DNA of 64,000 nt from Methanobacteriota archaeon (GCA_043799545.1 JAZDNO010000023.1:1-64000), one strand, 5' to 3'. Positions 9,640-19,141 are shown, numbered from the stretch's first letter. Notes: generated from the sequence alone by a model not told the origin. Translations and numbers: made by a program.

Positions 9640-10485
9640 ATGTTCGTCCGTTCCGACTCGCTCCTGGAGAAGCCTGGCGAAGCCCGTTCGCTCCACGTCC
9701 TGTCGTTCGACTGGAACGGGTTCGATCCCTCCGTCACGGCGTGGGACGCCGCGCGCTCCGAGGTCGTCGAGATGAACGTCTGGAACCTGAACATGTGCGT
9801 CACGACGGCGCGGCGCTGCGTCGGGAGCTTCGACGGCGAGGATTACTTTCCCTGCCCGACGACGCGCAGAATCAGCGGCCCGTTCGCGCAGTGCCAGTCC
9901 TGCGCGGGGTCTTGGATTCCGGTTCAGCAGTGCACGTTCGAGCCGAAGTGCGACGGCACACTGTGCGATTCAAAATTCTGCTCCCGCGAGCACGCGGTCT
10001 ACGTCGCGTTCCACGGCGCGCTTGCGAAGGTCGGCATGTGCGGCGGCCACAGGGTCGCGGGGCGCCTGGTGGAGCAGGGGGCGGACGCGTATGCGCTTGT
10101 CGCGGCTCTTCCGAACAGGCTGGAGGCCAGGCGTTTGGAATCTGCGATTTCGAAGGAGATGAAGATGAGGCAGCGCGTGATGTCGAAGGAGGCGCTGGCC
10201 AACTACGTCGCGCCACCGCCGTGGCAACTGATGGAGGAGAAGTGGGCCGAGCTGGGGGGGCGCATCTCCGCGAAGACCGGAAGCCCGCCTGGCAAGCTCG
10301 CCCGCCTGGACAAATACCCTCTCGCCCAACCGCTGGCTTCTGCGCCGCGCTTGAGGCAGACGATCGGCCCGCACGAGGGCAAAGTGATTGGTATAAAAGG
10401 GCGCTACGTCGTGTACGAAAACGACGGGTTGAACGCGCTGGATTTGTCGGATTTGCCTGCGAGGGTGGTAAAAATCTCTCCCTAG
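9640..10485 (+). CDS. DUF2797-family protein (Cys-rich, probably metal-binding)
   Basis: RCVG...CP...QCQSC...HAVYVAF...KVG...RLVEQGA...RLEARRLE pattern. Start at ATG 9640 preferred over 9532. Confidence 0.75.
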   Translation: MFVRSDSLLEKPGEARSLHVLSFDWNGFDPSVTAWDAARSEVVEMNVWNLNMCVTTARRCVGSFDGEDYFPCPTTRRISGPFAQCQSCAGSWIPVQQCTFEPKCDGTLCDSKFCSREHAVYVAFHGALAKVGMCGGHRVAGRLVEQGADAYALVAALPNRLEARRLESAISKEMKMRQRVMSKEALANYVAPPPWQLMEEKWAELGGRISAKTGSPPGKLARLDKYPLAQPLASAPRLRQTIGPHEGKVIGIKGRYVVYENDGLNALDLSDLPARVVKISP

Positions 10486-11996
10486 AGCCACTTCACCAGC
10501 ACCCTCGGCACGTTCTCCAGCACGTCCGTCGCGACGAGGCCGTAGCTCTTCTCCGCGAAGGCCATGTCCCCTGCGGAGCCGTTGACGAACGCCGCCATCC
10601 GCGCCGCCGCGAACGGGGGCGCGCCCTTTGCCAGCAGGCCGGCGCAAAGCCCCGCGAGAACGTCCCCGGTCCCGCCGACGGTCATACCATCGTTGCCTGT
10701 GTGGTTGAATTTCACCGTGGTGCCGTCTGAGACTGCGTCCACAGCCCCCTTCTGCAGTATCGCGAACCCCGTTGATTTCGAGAGCCTGGCGACGGCCTTG
10801 CCCCTGGGCGCGGGCTCGTCCGGCGGCGCCTTTCCTGCGAGGAGCGCGAACTCCCCGGCGTGGGGGGTCAGGATGCCGCGCTTCCCCCCGAGGATGCCGT
10901 GCTTCCTGCCTATCGCCCGGAGGCCGTCAGCGTCGACGACCATCGGTTTCTTGCACTCGGCGATGAGCTCGGCCAACGCCTCCAGCGTCTCTTCCGTCCG
11001 CCCCGCACCAGGCCCGATTAGCACTGCGTCCGCGTCCCTGGCCAGGTCGAGGCATTCCTTGACGTTCGAAGGGCGCAGTGCGGCCCCCCCGAGCGGTTTC
11101 ACGATGAGGTTCGGCGAGCACGCGGCGATGGTGCGGGCGGTGGGTTCTGGCGCGGCGACCACAGACAGGTCGGCGCCAACCCGGAGCGCAGCCAAGGCGG
11201 CGAGCGCTGGAGCGCCGGCGTACGGCCCGCCCCCGACGACGAGCACGCGCCCGTTCTGGCCCTTGCGCGAACCCTTCGCGGGGCGAGGGTACAGCACTTG
11301 CAGGTCGCCCGGGCCGATTAGACCAGCCTCGGGCGGGATGCCTATGTCCGATACGATTATCTTTCCAGAGTTGGCGGGGTTCATGCCGTCCTTCGCCTCG
11401 TGGAAAGTCACCGTGACCTTCGGCTTTATGGAGGCCCTGGTCCCCAGGCCGCTCGGGACATCGACCGACAGAGTGGGCTTCCCGTGCGCGTTGAGGTCCC
11501 TGATGCATCCCAGGTACGGCTCGCGGACCTCCCCCACGGAGCCGACGCCCAGCAGCGCGTCCACGATGATGTCGCATCCGCCGTCGTAGTCCTCCCAGGA
11601 GTATATCGGCACGAGCCCCTTGAGCCTGTTGAAGTTCACCTTGGAAATCGGGTCGTGCACGTCGTTCTTGAGCTTGACGAACTCCACGTCGAACGCCCCT
11701 CCGCACTCGGGCTTGCCCAGCCTCATCGTGGATGAGATGATGTACAGCTCGCTGCGGACGAGGACGACCTTGACCTTAGCCTCAGGGGCAAGGTACCTGG
11801 CGGCGACGAAACCGTCTCCCCCGTTGTTGCCGGTCCCGCAGACTATGGCTACGGTCTTTCCGCGCCCCTTCATGTGCTTCAGGACAGCGTCGGCCACGGC
11901 TTTTCCAGCCCGCTCCATCATGACCTCCGGCTTCACCCCGAGGGCGATTGTGTTCTTATCCAGGATGCGGGCTTCCGTGAAATTCATTCGAATCAT
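10482..11996 (-). CDS. nnr: Bifunctional NAD(P)H-hydrate epimerase/dehydratase
   Basis: NnrE motifs MMERAG, CGTGNNGGDG, DALLGVG, VDVPSG. NnrD motifs KGQNGRVLVVGG, IGPG, VVDADG, LTPHAGEF, GMTVGGTGDVLAG. Confidence 0.95.
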   Translation of the reverse strand: MIRMNFTEARILDKNTIALGVKPEVMMERAGKAVADAVLKHMKGRGKTVAIVCGTGNNGGDGFVAARYLAPEAKVKVVLVRSELYIISSTMRLGKPECGGAFDVEFVKLKNDVHDPISKVNFNRLKGLVPIYSWEDYDGGCDIIVDALLGVGSVGEVREPYLGCIRDLNAHGKPTLSVDVPSGLGTRASIKPKVTVTFHEAKDGMNPANSGKIIVSDIGIPPEAGLIGPGDLQVLYPRPAKGSRKGQNGRVLVVGGGPYAGAPALAALAALRVGADLSVVAAPEPTARTIAACSPNLIVKPLGGAALRPSNVKECLDLARDADAVLIGPGAGRTEETLEALAELIAECKKPMVVDADGLRAIGRKHGILGGKRGILTPHAGEFALLAGKAPPDEPAPRGKAVARLSKSTGFAILQKGAVDAVSDGTTVKFNHTGNDGMTVGGTGDVLAGLCAGLLAKGAPPFAAARMAAFVNGSAGDMAFAEKSYGLVATDVLENVPRVLVKWL

Positions 11997-14641
11997 CTCT
12001 CCTTCAGTGCCCTGTCCAGTACGCGCTCGTACAATTTGTACTCTTCGCTGCGGGCGAACTCCGCTATCTTGTCGTCCGGCAGGTGCTCGAGGATGTCGTC
12101 GAGCTTCTTCAGAACCCTCGCCAGCTCAGCCTCCTCCGATTTCCTCGCCTTGGAATCCCTCTCGAGGGCGTCGAGGCGCTCCCGCTGCTTCGCGCGCCTG
12201 GATATCTCCCTGTTGAACTCGTCGAGCCTGCTCTTGAAGTCCTCCCTGGCCTTCTCCACCTCGCGCTCCCTCTTCGCGAGCTCCTCTATGCGTTGCGTGA
12301 GCATCATGCGCTCGGCCGTCACGCGCTCCAGCTCCCGCCTCAGCTTCTCGACGTCGTTGGCCTGCCCCTCCCTCTTGGCCTTCTTCCTCAGCCCCTCTCC
12401 GGGGGTCATCCCTTTCTCGAGCGGATGGATTGCCGGGCCTCCGGCGTCTGAGGACAGCCTTCTCACGCTTCCGTCGAAGAGCAGCCCGCGCATAGACAGC
12501 GGGGCCAGGAGCCGCTCCTCGTCAACCTGGAACACCTCCATCACGCAGTCGAATATCTCCATGAGTATCGCGACCGCGCTCGCGTCGTGCGCCCCCTTGT
12601 CCATCGTGAAAGCGCTCGTGGCGCCAGCCTGCCTCAGCTTGCCAGCGAGGGAGAGGGCGAACTTGATGACTGAGCCGGACTCGTCCGACCTGAGGGCGCT
12701 GGAGGTCGCGTCGCTGACGCAGCGGAGGCCCTTGGACGAGCCGAGGTGCCTCAGCGCCGAGTCTATGGCCACGCCGAGGTTGGTGAGGTCGTTCGAAGCG
12801 ACGAAACGGTTCCCGTCCCGTTCGACGCCTATGACCCTGCGCTGGGTGTGCGAGTGCCAGTCCACGACGGCCACGCGGTTGCGGTTCTCCGGAGCCTCCA
12901 GGTCCAGGCCCACGGCGCGGTACTCGGCAACGAGGTCGGCCGCGCCCTTCCGCGCGGTGATGACTAGCAGCGGCCCGCCGAGGGAGAACCCGCCCCTTGC
13001 AAAATGTACCAGAAGCGAATCCCGGATCGGCTCGGGATGGCCGTAGACGAGGATTGACGACATGTCCGGAAAGCCGGCGCCGAACACCGCGTCGAGGCCC
13101 GGTATGCCCGAGACCGTCCTGTCCGCGCGGTCCTGCACATTCACCATCGACGCGTTCACGCCGCTGGAGAACGTCAGCCCCGCTCTGTCCATGGAAATTC
13201 CTATCTGGTTCAGGTCGACGAGTCCCGCCATCGCGCTTACCACCCGGAGGCTGCGCCTGACCTGGTCGTCGACCTCGCGCTCGATTTCCAGCACGCCGTC
13301 CAGTGCGGAGTGGAGCTGGCGCAGCTCCCGCTCATCGTGCGCCTCCTTCGTGAGGACGAAAAGCGAGGTCAGGCCGGACTTGGAGAGCTTGGCCTTGGCC
13401 ATGGCCAGGAACTCGTACGCGGTTTCGGCGTCGTTCAGCACGGCGGAGTAGCTAGTGAAGTCCAGCACGGCGCGCATCACGGGCGTTTGCTTGAGCGTCC
13501 GTATGGCCGAGCCCAGGGCGAGCCCGAGGTTCGTGACGTCCTCGGAGCAGGCTATCACGCCGGGCTTTTCCTCGAAACCCGAGACGCTCCTCATCCTGCA
13601 CGAGTAATAATCCACGATGACCAGCGCCCTGGTCTTGACGTGCTTCGCGCAATCGACACCGAGCGCCTCCAGCTCGGCGAAGACCTCGTCCGGGCCCCTG
13701 CCGGAAGAGACTATGAGAACTGAGCCGCCGCAGTCCAGCCCCTCCTTCGCGAACCTCAGCGCGACTGCGTACTTCTCCCATCCTGGCGGACCCTGGAGGG
13801 CGAAGGACGAGCCCTTGGGGATGCCTCCCCGCAGCGCGGAATCCAGCGGGTCGATGCCGAAGCGCACGTGCCTGGCAATCGCCCCTCGGAGTATCGTCTC
13901 CGACACGCCAAGCCGTTCGACCGCGTCGCCGTAGGCCGCGAGCCTGGGCCTGAGCAGCGCGACGGCGTCCTCGAAAGCCCTCGGCCTGTCGAAGTAGGTC
14001 TCGCCCAGCTCGACTAGCGAATCGAGGGCGTGCGACATCGCCGCCGCCGCCTTTAACGGCTCTATCTCCTCGTCCAGCTTGACCTGCACCTTGCCGCCCG
14101 CGAGCTCCGCCTTCGCAGTCCCGGTCAGAGCGTGGCTGAGCTTGTTCTTGTAGACCGGGAGCTGCTCCGGCTTTGCGGACGATATCAGGGCGCCGTAGAT
14201 GTCCGAGAAGATGGCCTCAAGCTGGTCGCGGTCGCCCATGGAAGAGACGTCCTCCACGAACTCCTCGGCTGAGAAACGCTGGAGTATCGGCAGGGCGTCC
14301 CAAAGCCCGAGGCGTGTAATCTCGCCTGCTTTGGAAGCGGCGAAGTCGTTGACCGGGGCTGCGAGCATGCGCTCCGCATCCTCGGCCCCCAGGAAAATCT
14401 CGATGAACCCGCGCACGGCCTCCAGCACGGCGTTGATGGCCGCGAGGCCGTCTTCGTCGTCGGGGAGCGCCGAGCAATCGGGCACCAGGCCGGCCGACAC
14501 GGCAATCTTGGAAACGAAAGGGCTCTCCTTCTCGAACCTGGACATGCCCACTTTGAACTGCAGTTCCGTCAGGACCTCCCTGTTTCCGCTGAGAACAGCC
14601 GCTAAAAGGTCTGACGCCAGCGCGATCCTCGTGACCGCCAT
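11993..14641 (-). CDS. Tandem KaiC/RAD55-like ATPase-fold protein with degenerate Walker A motifs, N-terminal helical region and C-terminal coiled coil
   Basis: Two RecA-fold starts: FGIDPLDSALRGGIPKGSSFALQGPPGWEK and SGIPGLDAVFGAGFPDMSSILVYGHPEP. C-terminal coiled coil ends LDDILEHLPDDKIAEFARSEEYKLYERVL. Confidence 0.8.
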   Translation of the reverse strand: MAVTRIALASDLLAAVLSGNREVLTELQFKVGMSRFEKESPFVSKIAVSAGLVPDCSALPDDEDGLAAINAVLEAVRGFIEIFLGAEDAERMLAAPVNDFAASKAGEITRLGLWDALPILQRFSAEEFVEDVSSMGDRDQLEAIFSDIYGALISSAKPEQLPVYKNKLSHALTGTAKAELAGGKVQVKLDEEIEPLKAAAAMSHALDSLVELGETYFDRPRAFEDAVALLRPRLAAYGDAVERLGVSETILRGAIARHVRFGIDPLDSALRGGIPKGSSFALQGPPGWEKYAVALRFAKEGLDCGGSVLIVSSGRGPDEVFAELEALGVDCAKHVKTRALVIVDYYSCRMRSVSGFEEKPGVIACSEDVTNLGLALGSAIRTLKQTPVMRAVLDFTSYSAVLNDAETAYEFLAMAKAKLSKSGLTSLFVLTKEAHDERELRQLHSALDGVLEIEREVDDQVRRSLRVVSAMAGLVDLNQIGISMDRAGLTFSSGVNASMVNVQDRADRTVSGIPGLDAVFGAGFPDMSSILVYGHPEPIRDSLLVHFARGGFSLGGPLLVITARKGAADLVAEYRAVGLDLEAPENRNRVAVVDWHSHTQRRVIGVERDGNRFVASNDLTNLGVAIDSALRHLGSSKGLRCVSDATSSALRSDESGSVIKFALSLAGKLRQAGATSAFTMDKGAHDASAVAILMEIFDCVMEVFQVDEERLLAPLSMRGLLFDGSVRRLSSDAGGPAIHPLEKGMTPGEGLRKKAKREGQANDVEKLRRELERVTAERMMLTQRIEELAKREREVEKAREDFKSRLDEFNREISRRAKQRERLDALERDSKARKSEEAELARVLKKLDDILEHLPDDKIAEFARSEEYKLYERVLDRALKER

Positions 14642-14660
14642 CGGGAGCCCGGCCCCCCGC

Positions 14661-15386
14661 TCAGAAGACCTTGGAGTCAGCCGACACCGTGATGCCAGTC
14701 TGGCCGATGAGCAGCGGGTGCTTGGTCGTGTCGTGCTTGGTGAACCTCATCTTCCTGACGGTTATCGTGCGCCTCAGCTCCCCCTTGACATCTTCCAGGC
14801 CGAGGTTGATGAACGAGTCGGCGATGAACTGCTCGATGCCGTATCTGGTGAGTCCTCCGCCCTCGACGGATTCGGTTATCAGGAGAGAGGTCATGTCGCG
14901 GCCCTTGAGCGATGCTGCGAACTTGAAAAGCTCCCTCCGGAGCCTGCCCGTCGAGTCCTCGTAGTAAAGGCCTATTGCGGTCAGCGAGTCAATGGCGAGC
15001 CGCTTCGCCTTTGTGAATTGCATGAGGTTGTCCAGGAGCACCCTGAGCGCCTCGAAGCCGACGACGCCCTCCTCCTCGCTCGCGTCGCACCTGGCGCGTA
15101 TCTCGCCCATGTCGAGGATGACGAGCTTCCCCTCCTTCTCGTACTTCTCGATATCCATGGCGTAGTTGCTCATGGCCCTGATGATGCTGTCCCTGCTCTC
15201 CTCAAGGGTTAGATAGATGCCAGCCTCGCCGTAGTCCTTTGCTCCATTGTATAAAAACTGCATTGCGAGCAAGCTCTTCGCGCTTCCAGCCGGCCCGCTG
15301 ATGAGGTTGACCGTGTTCTCCGGCAGCCCTCCGCCTACCAATTCGTCCAATCCGTGAATCCCCGTCGGAACCCTAGTCCTGCCCAT
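14661..15386 (-). CDS. KaiC/RAD55-like single-domain ATPase
   Basis: RVPTGIHGLDELVGGGLP, Walker A-like GPAGSAKS, YLTLEES, Walker B RLAIDSL, C-terminal RKMR. ATG 15386 preferred over GTG 15398. Confidence 0.9.
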   Translation of the reverse strand: MGRTRVPTGIHGLDELVGGGLPENTVNLISGPAGSAKSLLAMQFLYNGAKDYGEAGIYLTLEESRDSIIRAMSNYAMDIEKYEKEGKLVILDMGEIRARCDASEEEGVVGFEALRVLLDNLMQFTKAKRLAIDSLTAIGLYYEDSTGRLRRELFKFAASLKGRDMTSLLITESVEGGGLTRYGIEQFIADSFINLGLEDVKGELRRTITVRKMRFTKHDTTKHPLLIGQTGITVSADSKVF

Positions 15387-15627
15387 TGCCAACACCACCG
15401 TTCTCCTTCAATTTCCTTATGCTGATTACGACCTTCTCCGTCTGGTCGCCGATGAAGAACGGCAGGACGTCCTTCAGCTTCACCGAGAGGACTTGCAGGT
15501 CGTCCCCGCTCATCTCCTCCAGGTTTATGTTCGCATCCTGGCTTTGCTTCATCAGCACGTACTTCGACATCGCCCCGAGCGGGCTTTCCTCCATGATTGC
15601 GAGGACCATCTTGCTAAGGACGTTCAT
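15373..15627 (-). CDS. Small helical hypothetical protein (84 aa), KaiC-operon member
   Basis: MNVLSK...; its ATG overlaps the upstream TGA (ATGA) and its end overlaps the KaiC-like start. Confidence 0.7.
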   Translation of the reverse strand: MNVLSKMVLAIMEESPLGAMSKYVLMKQSQDANINLEEMSGDDLQVLSVKLKDVLPFFIGDQTEKVVISIRKLKENGGVGNGQD

Positions 15628-15917
15628 TTGCCCTCGCCCTTTAGGAGTTTCATGCCCTTCAGCTCGCTCAGCACGCGGTTGCACTCATCCCCCTCGAAGC
15701 AAGATTTGACGGACGTGGTTAGCATGATGTTTGTGGTCGTCCTGCCGAAGGCTGAATCGAGGGATTCGGTAAGGGTCCTCAGGGAGTCGTCGGGCTGGTT
15801 TTTGTCGAAACCGTCCTCGCCCACGCTGACGATGTTCTTGGCCATCTGGAAGCCGATTGCGCGGCTAAGTGTCCTGTAGAGTTCCCTGTATATTTTCTCG
15901 GCAGACGCTGGATCCAT
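15624..15917 (-). CDS. Small helical hypothetical protein (~97 aa), first gene of the KaiC-like operon
   Basis: MDPASAEK...; GGTG SD-like sequence before ATG 15917 (15953 is an alternative start); upstream BRE-TATA aaaaccaTTTTATAT. Confidence 0.65.
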   Translation of the reverse strand: MDPASAEKIYRELYRTLSRAIGFQMAKNIVSVGEDGFDKNQPDDSLRTLTESLDSAFGRTTTNIMLTTSVKSCFEGDECNRVLSELKGMKLLKGEGK

Positions 15918-15959
15918 CACACCACCCATGTCGACATCACGTCGCATCTCCATTTAATC

Positions 15960-16000
15960 GCAGATGACTCTTTACATATAAAATGGTTTTTAAAGGCCTC
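15960..16000. promoter_or_regulatory. Divergent promoter region between the KaiC-like operon and the wHTH gene
   Basis: AT-rich tttacatataaaatggtttttaaagg with TATA-like elements on both strands inside GC-rich DNA. Confidence 0.5.
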
Positions 16001-16033
16001 AAACCTTTTATCGGTGGTGCGGGATTGCGGCTC

Positions 16034-16744
16034 ATGAAGGCTGGAATGGGCAGGGCGCTCCGCCGGGCGTTTCGCCAGGACGACCTGCTGGCAAACATCG
16101 TTCCGAGGAGGGCGGGCGCGTCGTCGCAGCTCATGCACCCCGTCCGCATGGCCATGTTCGCCCGCTCGACTTTCAGGCCGTGCAGCTGCCTTCGCTCCCT
16201 CGCCCGGAGCTCGGGCGTGAGCGCCCCCGTCGCCGCCCGCCACCTCGCGCGCATGGAGGCGTCTGGCCTTATAACCAGCGCGAAGCTGGGCAACAGAAAG
16301 GTTTTCGCGCCGTTGGGCATGGTCGACCCACATGACACGGCGGTTTTTTCGCTTCTCAGCGAGGACGCCCCGCGCAAGGCGCTACGGCAAATCGTTCTCG
16401 GGTCCGCGCCGAACCAGCGCACGCTCGCCAGAAAGCTCCGCACCTACCAGCAGGAAGCATCGCTCGTGCTGGCCGGGCTCGCAGGCGCAGAATTGCTCGA
16501 AGTGCGGCGGGCGGGACGCGAAGCCCGGTACTCCCCGTCGGTGAAGCTGCTGGAGATGGCCGAATTTTACGAAAGACGCGAGCCGGGATTCCGCGCCTGG
16601 CTGCTGTCAGCGCTCGATTCCGACGGCGTCGCGCCGCGCGCGGTCGGGAAGCGTGCCGGAACCGTTGTCATCGAGGCGGACCGCGGGGAGTCGAGGGTGC
16701 AGGTCGTTTTTCAAACGCATCCTTTGAGCGACGTCCTGAGGTAG
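16034..16744 (+). CDS. Tandem winged-helix (ArsR-like) DNA-binding protein
   Basis: Two HTH-like segments (SLRSLARSSGVSAPVAARHLARMEASGLI; NQRTLARKL...VLAGLAGAELL...GREARYS). Transcribed divergently from the KaiC-like operon. Start could be 15983. Confidence 0.7.
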   Translation: MKAGMGRALRRAFRQDDLLANIVPRRAGASSQLMHPVRMAMFARSTFRPCSCLRSLARSSGVSAPVAARHLARMEASGLITSAKLGNRKVFAPLGMVDPHDTAVFSLLSEDAPRKALRQIVLGSAPNQRTLARKLRTYQQEASLVLAGLAGAELLEVRRAGREARYSPSVKLLEMAEFYERREPGFRAWLLSALDSDGVAPRAVGKRAGTVVIEADRGESRVQVVFQTHPLSDVLR

Positions 16745-16778
16745 CGAATCATTTTTACCGGGAGAGCGATGCACCCGC

Positions 16779-17600
16779 GTGAAGGTCCTCCACGTCCACA
16801 ACGTCGCCCACGTACCCATCACGCTCTGCAAGGCGCTGCGAGCAGCAGGGGTCGAGGCGGATTTCGCCGAAGAAGTTTCCGGCGCGAGCGTGTCGGATTA
16901 CGACATCGTCCACGTTCACTACGCCGTGAACAGGAAGTCGCTCGCGGGCATCCGCGCGGCGCGGAGGCTCGGCAAGCCCGTCGTGCTGCACCACCACGGC
17001 TCCGACGTGCGCCAGGTTACGGGTTCGGGCATGGCCCCCCTGCCGTTCTGGCGCTCGGCCGTGAGCGGCTGGGCCAGGAAACGTTCTGACTGGGTCGTCC
17101 TCGCCACGCCGGACCTCATCCGGTTCTGCCCGAGCGGAACCTACGTCCCGAACCCCGTCGACACGGAGATGTTCCGACCTACCGCGGGGGAGAAGCTCGA
17201 CCGCGTGCTAATCTGCGGGCGCCAGGTGAAAGGCTCGCGCCTGATGAAATTCATCGACCCTGCCAGGCAGTACGATAGCATCAACACGGGGCTGCCGTTG
17301 AAGCTTCCGTCGAACGTGCGCGTTCTGCAGCCGGTCCCCCGCGCCGAGTTCCCTGCGTTTCTGAACAGATACCCGGAGATGATGGGCGCGATAGGGGACC
17401 TGGTGACGATGGCGCGCATGGAGGCAATGGCGTGCAGCTTGAAGACGTTCTCGGATTTCGACGAGTCGTACGTGAAGTTTTACGACGGAGAAAATCCGGA
17501 CAGGGTCGATGACCCGCGGGCGTTCGTCCAGCGCCACCACGATTCGCAGAAGGTCGCACGGAAGGTCATTGATATTTACGAAGAAATCCTCAAGGCTTGA
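16779..17600 (+). CDS. GT-B fold glycosyltransferase (GT4-like), short
   Basis: MKVLHV, DIVHVHY, HHHGSDVR, TPDL, VPNPVD and MEAMAC motifs. Confidence 0.85.
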   Translation: MKVLHVHNVAHVPITLCKALRAAGVEADFAEEVSGASVSDYDIVHVHYAVNRKSLAGIRAARRLGKPVVLHHHGSDVRQVTGSGMAPLPFWRSAVSGWARKRSDWVVLATPDLIRFCPSGTYVPNPVDTEMFRPTAGEKLDRVLICGRQVKGSRLMKFIDPARQYDSINTGLPLKLPSNVRVLQPVPRAEFPAFLNRYPEMMGAIGDLVTMARMEAMACSLKTFSDFDESYVKFYDGENPDRVDDPRAFVQRHHDSQKVARKVIDIYEEILKA

Positions 17601-18999
17601 AAGAGCCCCATATTGCAGAGAGCTCGCGCTTTTTCAGGCCCCCGGTGGCCAACGTCATCGCGACGTGGACTGCTGCGCACACTGCCCCGACGAGCCACAG
17701 CGAAACACCGTTCTCGGTGAAGATGTAGAGCGCGTATCCCGCGCTTATCGCCCCGGACGCCCCGACGACGTGGGGCCAGAGCTTCCAAGCCAGAGAGTTC
17801 ACCCTTGTGGAAACCAGGTTGAGCGCCAGTAGCAGGCCCTCGGCGCAGACGAGCCCCCCGGCCACCCCGTTCGCGCCGTATTTGACGGCCAGCGGATACG
17901 CCGCCAGTGCGAGCAAGGTAGCGCCCGCCGCCATGTTCCACGCCGCGTCGCGTTGCCTGTCAGAGCTCCAGAGGTAGCCTCTCGTGACCGCGTTCGCGGC
18001 GGCAAGGGGCATCATCGCCGACAGGGCCATCAGCGGGACCGGGTCGTAGCCTTCTCCGAAGAGCAGGGCTGTGAGCGGCTTCGCCAGCGCGAAAGTCAGG
18101 ATGGCCCCGGTCACCGTGATGAAGAGCACGAACCTCAGCCCTGCGAGGTAGGCAGCGCGCATCCTCTTCTCCTCGGCGCCCATCCCGGCCAGCACGGGAT
18201 ACAGCGCGGCTTCCAGCGCGAGCGGGACTATGAGGACGAAACCCACGGCGCGGTAGGCGGCGCTGAACCATCCGGTCTGCTCGCTTCCGGACAGCCAGTA
18301 TAGCGCAAGCGTGGGGACGGCGATGTAGAATGACAGAACGAATTCAAAGGCCGCGAATGGCGCGGCCGCTTTCAGCCAAGGCTTGAGGCTCCCCCCGACG
18401 GCGGGCTTCCCTCCGAGTCGGAGGCAGTACCCCCACGAGGCTACCAGGCGCACGACGGAAGCGGCGAGCATCGCCAGCATCGCCCCCTCGATGCCCAGGC
18501 CCAGGAATATCGCCGCGCCGACGCAGGCGGCCTGCGCCACACGCCACGCTATCTGCGTGTAGGCCTCGGCGCCCATCCTCTGGACCCCCCTGAAGAACGC
18601 GTAGAAGATGCCGCTCGCGGTGTCGAGCATCGAGACTCCCCCCGCGATGAGGACCAGCCCCGCGGCGAACAGGTCCTCGGTCAGGAGGAATGCGGCGGCT
18701 GCGAGCGCTGGAAAGACTGCGCCGGTGATTGCCAGTCTCAGCGTCAGCAGCTGCCCGAAGCTGGTCCCGTCCTCGGGGCGGCGCGCGACCTCCCGTATCG
18801 CGAGGGCATCGAGACCGAAATCAGCGAAGATTGCGAAGACCGCCGCGAGGGAGAAAGCGAAGCTGTATGTCCCGAAAAGGCCGTCGCCGAGGTACCGTGC
18901 TAACGCGACGACGATGAGCGCGCCAATCGCCTTGCTGGCGAGGCTCGCTGCTACGACGTAGCCCGCGTTGCTCAGCATCCGCCCCGGCCTTCCGCTCAT
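17590..18999 (-). CDS. MOP-superfamily oligosaccharide flippase (Wzx-like)
   Basis: ARYLG...FGTYSFAFS...FADFGL...REVAR and GWFSAAYR motifs; many transmembrane segments. Confidence 0.92.
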   Translation of the reverse strand: MSGRPGRMLSNAGYVVAASLASKAIGALIVVALARYLGDGLFGTYSFAFSLAAVFAIFADFGLDALAIREVARRPEDGTSFGQLLTLRLAITGAVFPALAAAAFLLTEDLFAAGLVLIAGGVSMLDTASGIFYAFFRGVQRMGAEAYTQIAWRVAQAACVGAAIFLGLGIEGAMLAMLAASVVRLVASWGYCLRLGGKPAVGGSLKPWLKAAAPFAAFEFVLSFYIAVPTLALYWLSGSEQTGWFSAAYRAVGFVLIVPLALEAALYPVLAGMGAEEKRMRAAYLAGLRFVLFITVTGAILTFALAKPLTALLFGEGYDPVPLMALSAMMPLAAANAVTRGYLWSSDRQRDAAWNMAAGATLLALAAYPLAVKYGANGVAGGLVCAEGLLLALNLVSTRVNSLAWKLWPHVVGASGAISAGYALYIFTENGVSLWLVGAVCAAVHVAMTLATGGLKKRELSAIWGSFKP

Positions 19000-19141
19000 T
19001 GGCGGGCAATCGAGCCCTGCGTTAAATATCCTGCGCTCCATTTTTGCTTTTGTACCTGTTGAATCAGCTCATCAGCAGATTTATTAATTTGTTGGTCATT
19101 GCTTTATTATAGTATTTATCGTATGTACAAGGTTGGTAAAT

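Noticed and set aside
8583-10485. Convergent stop codons sharing palindromes (CTATAG at 8583-8588, CTAG at 10482-10485)
   Set aside because: This is a geometric consequence of overlapping TAG stops in a compact genome.
11640-11760. Intein in nnr
   Set aside because: The insert is too short and lacks Cys/Ser start and His-Asn end motifs.
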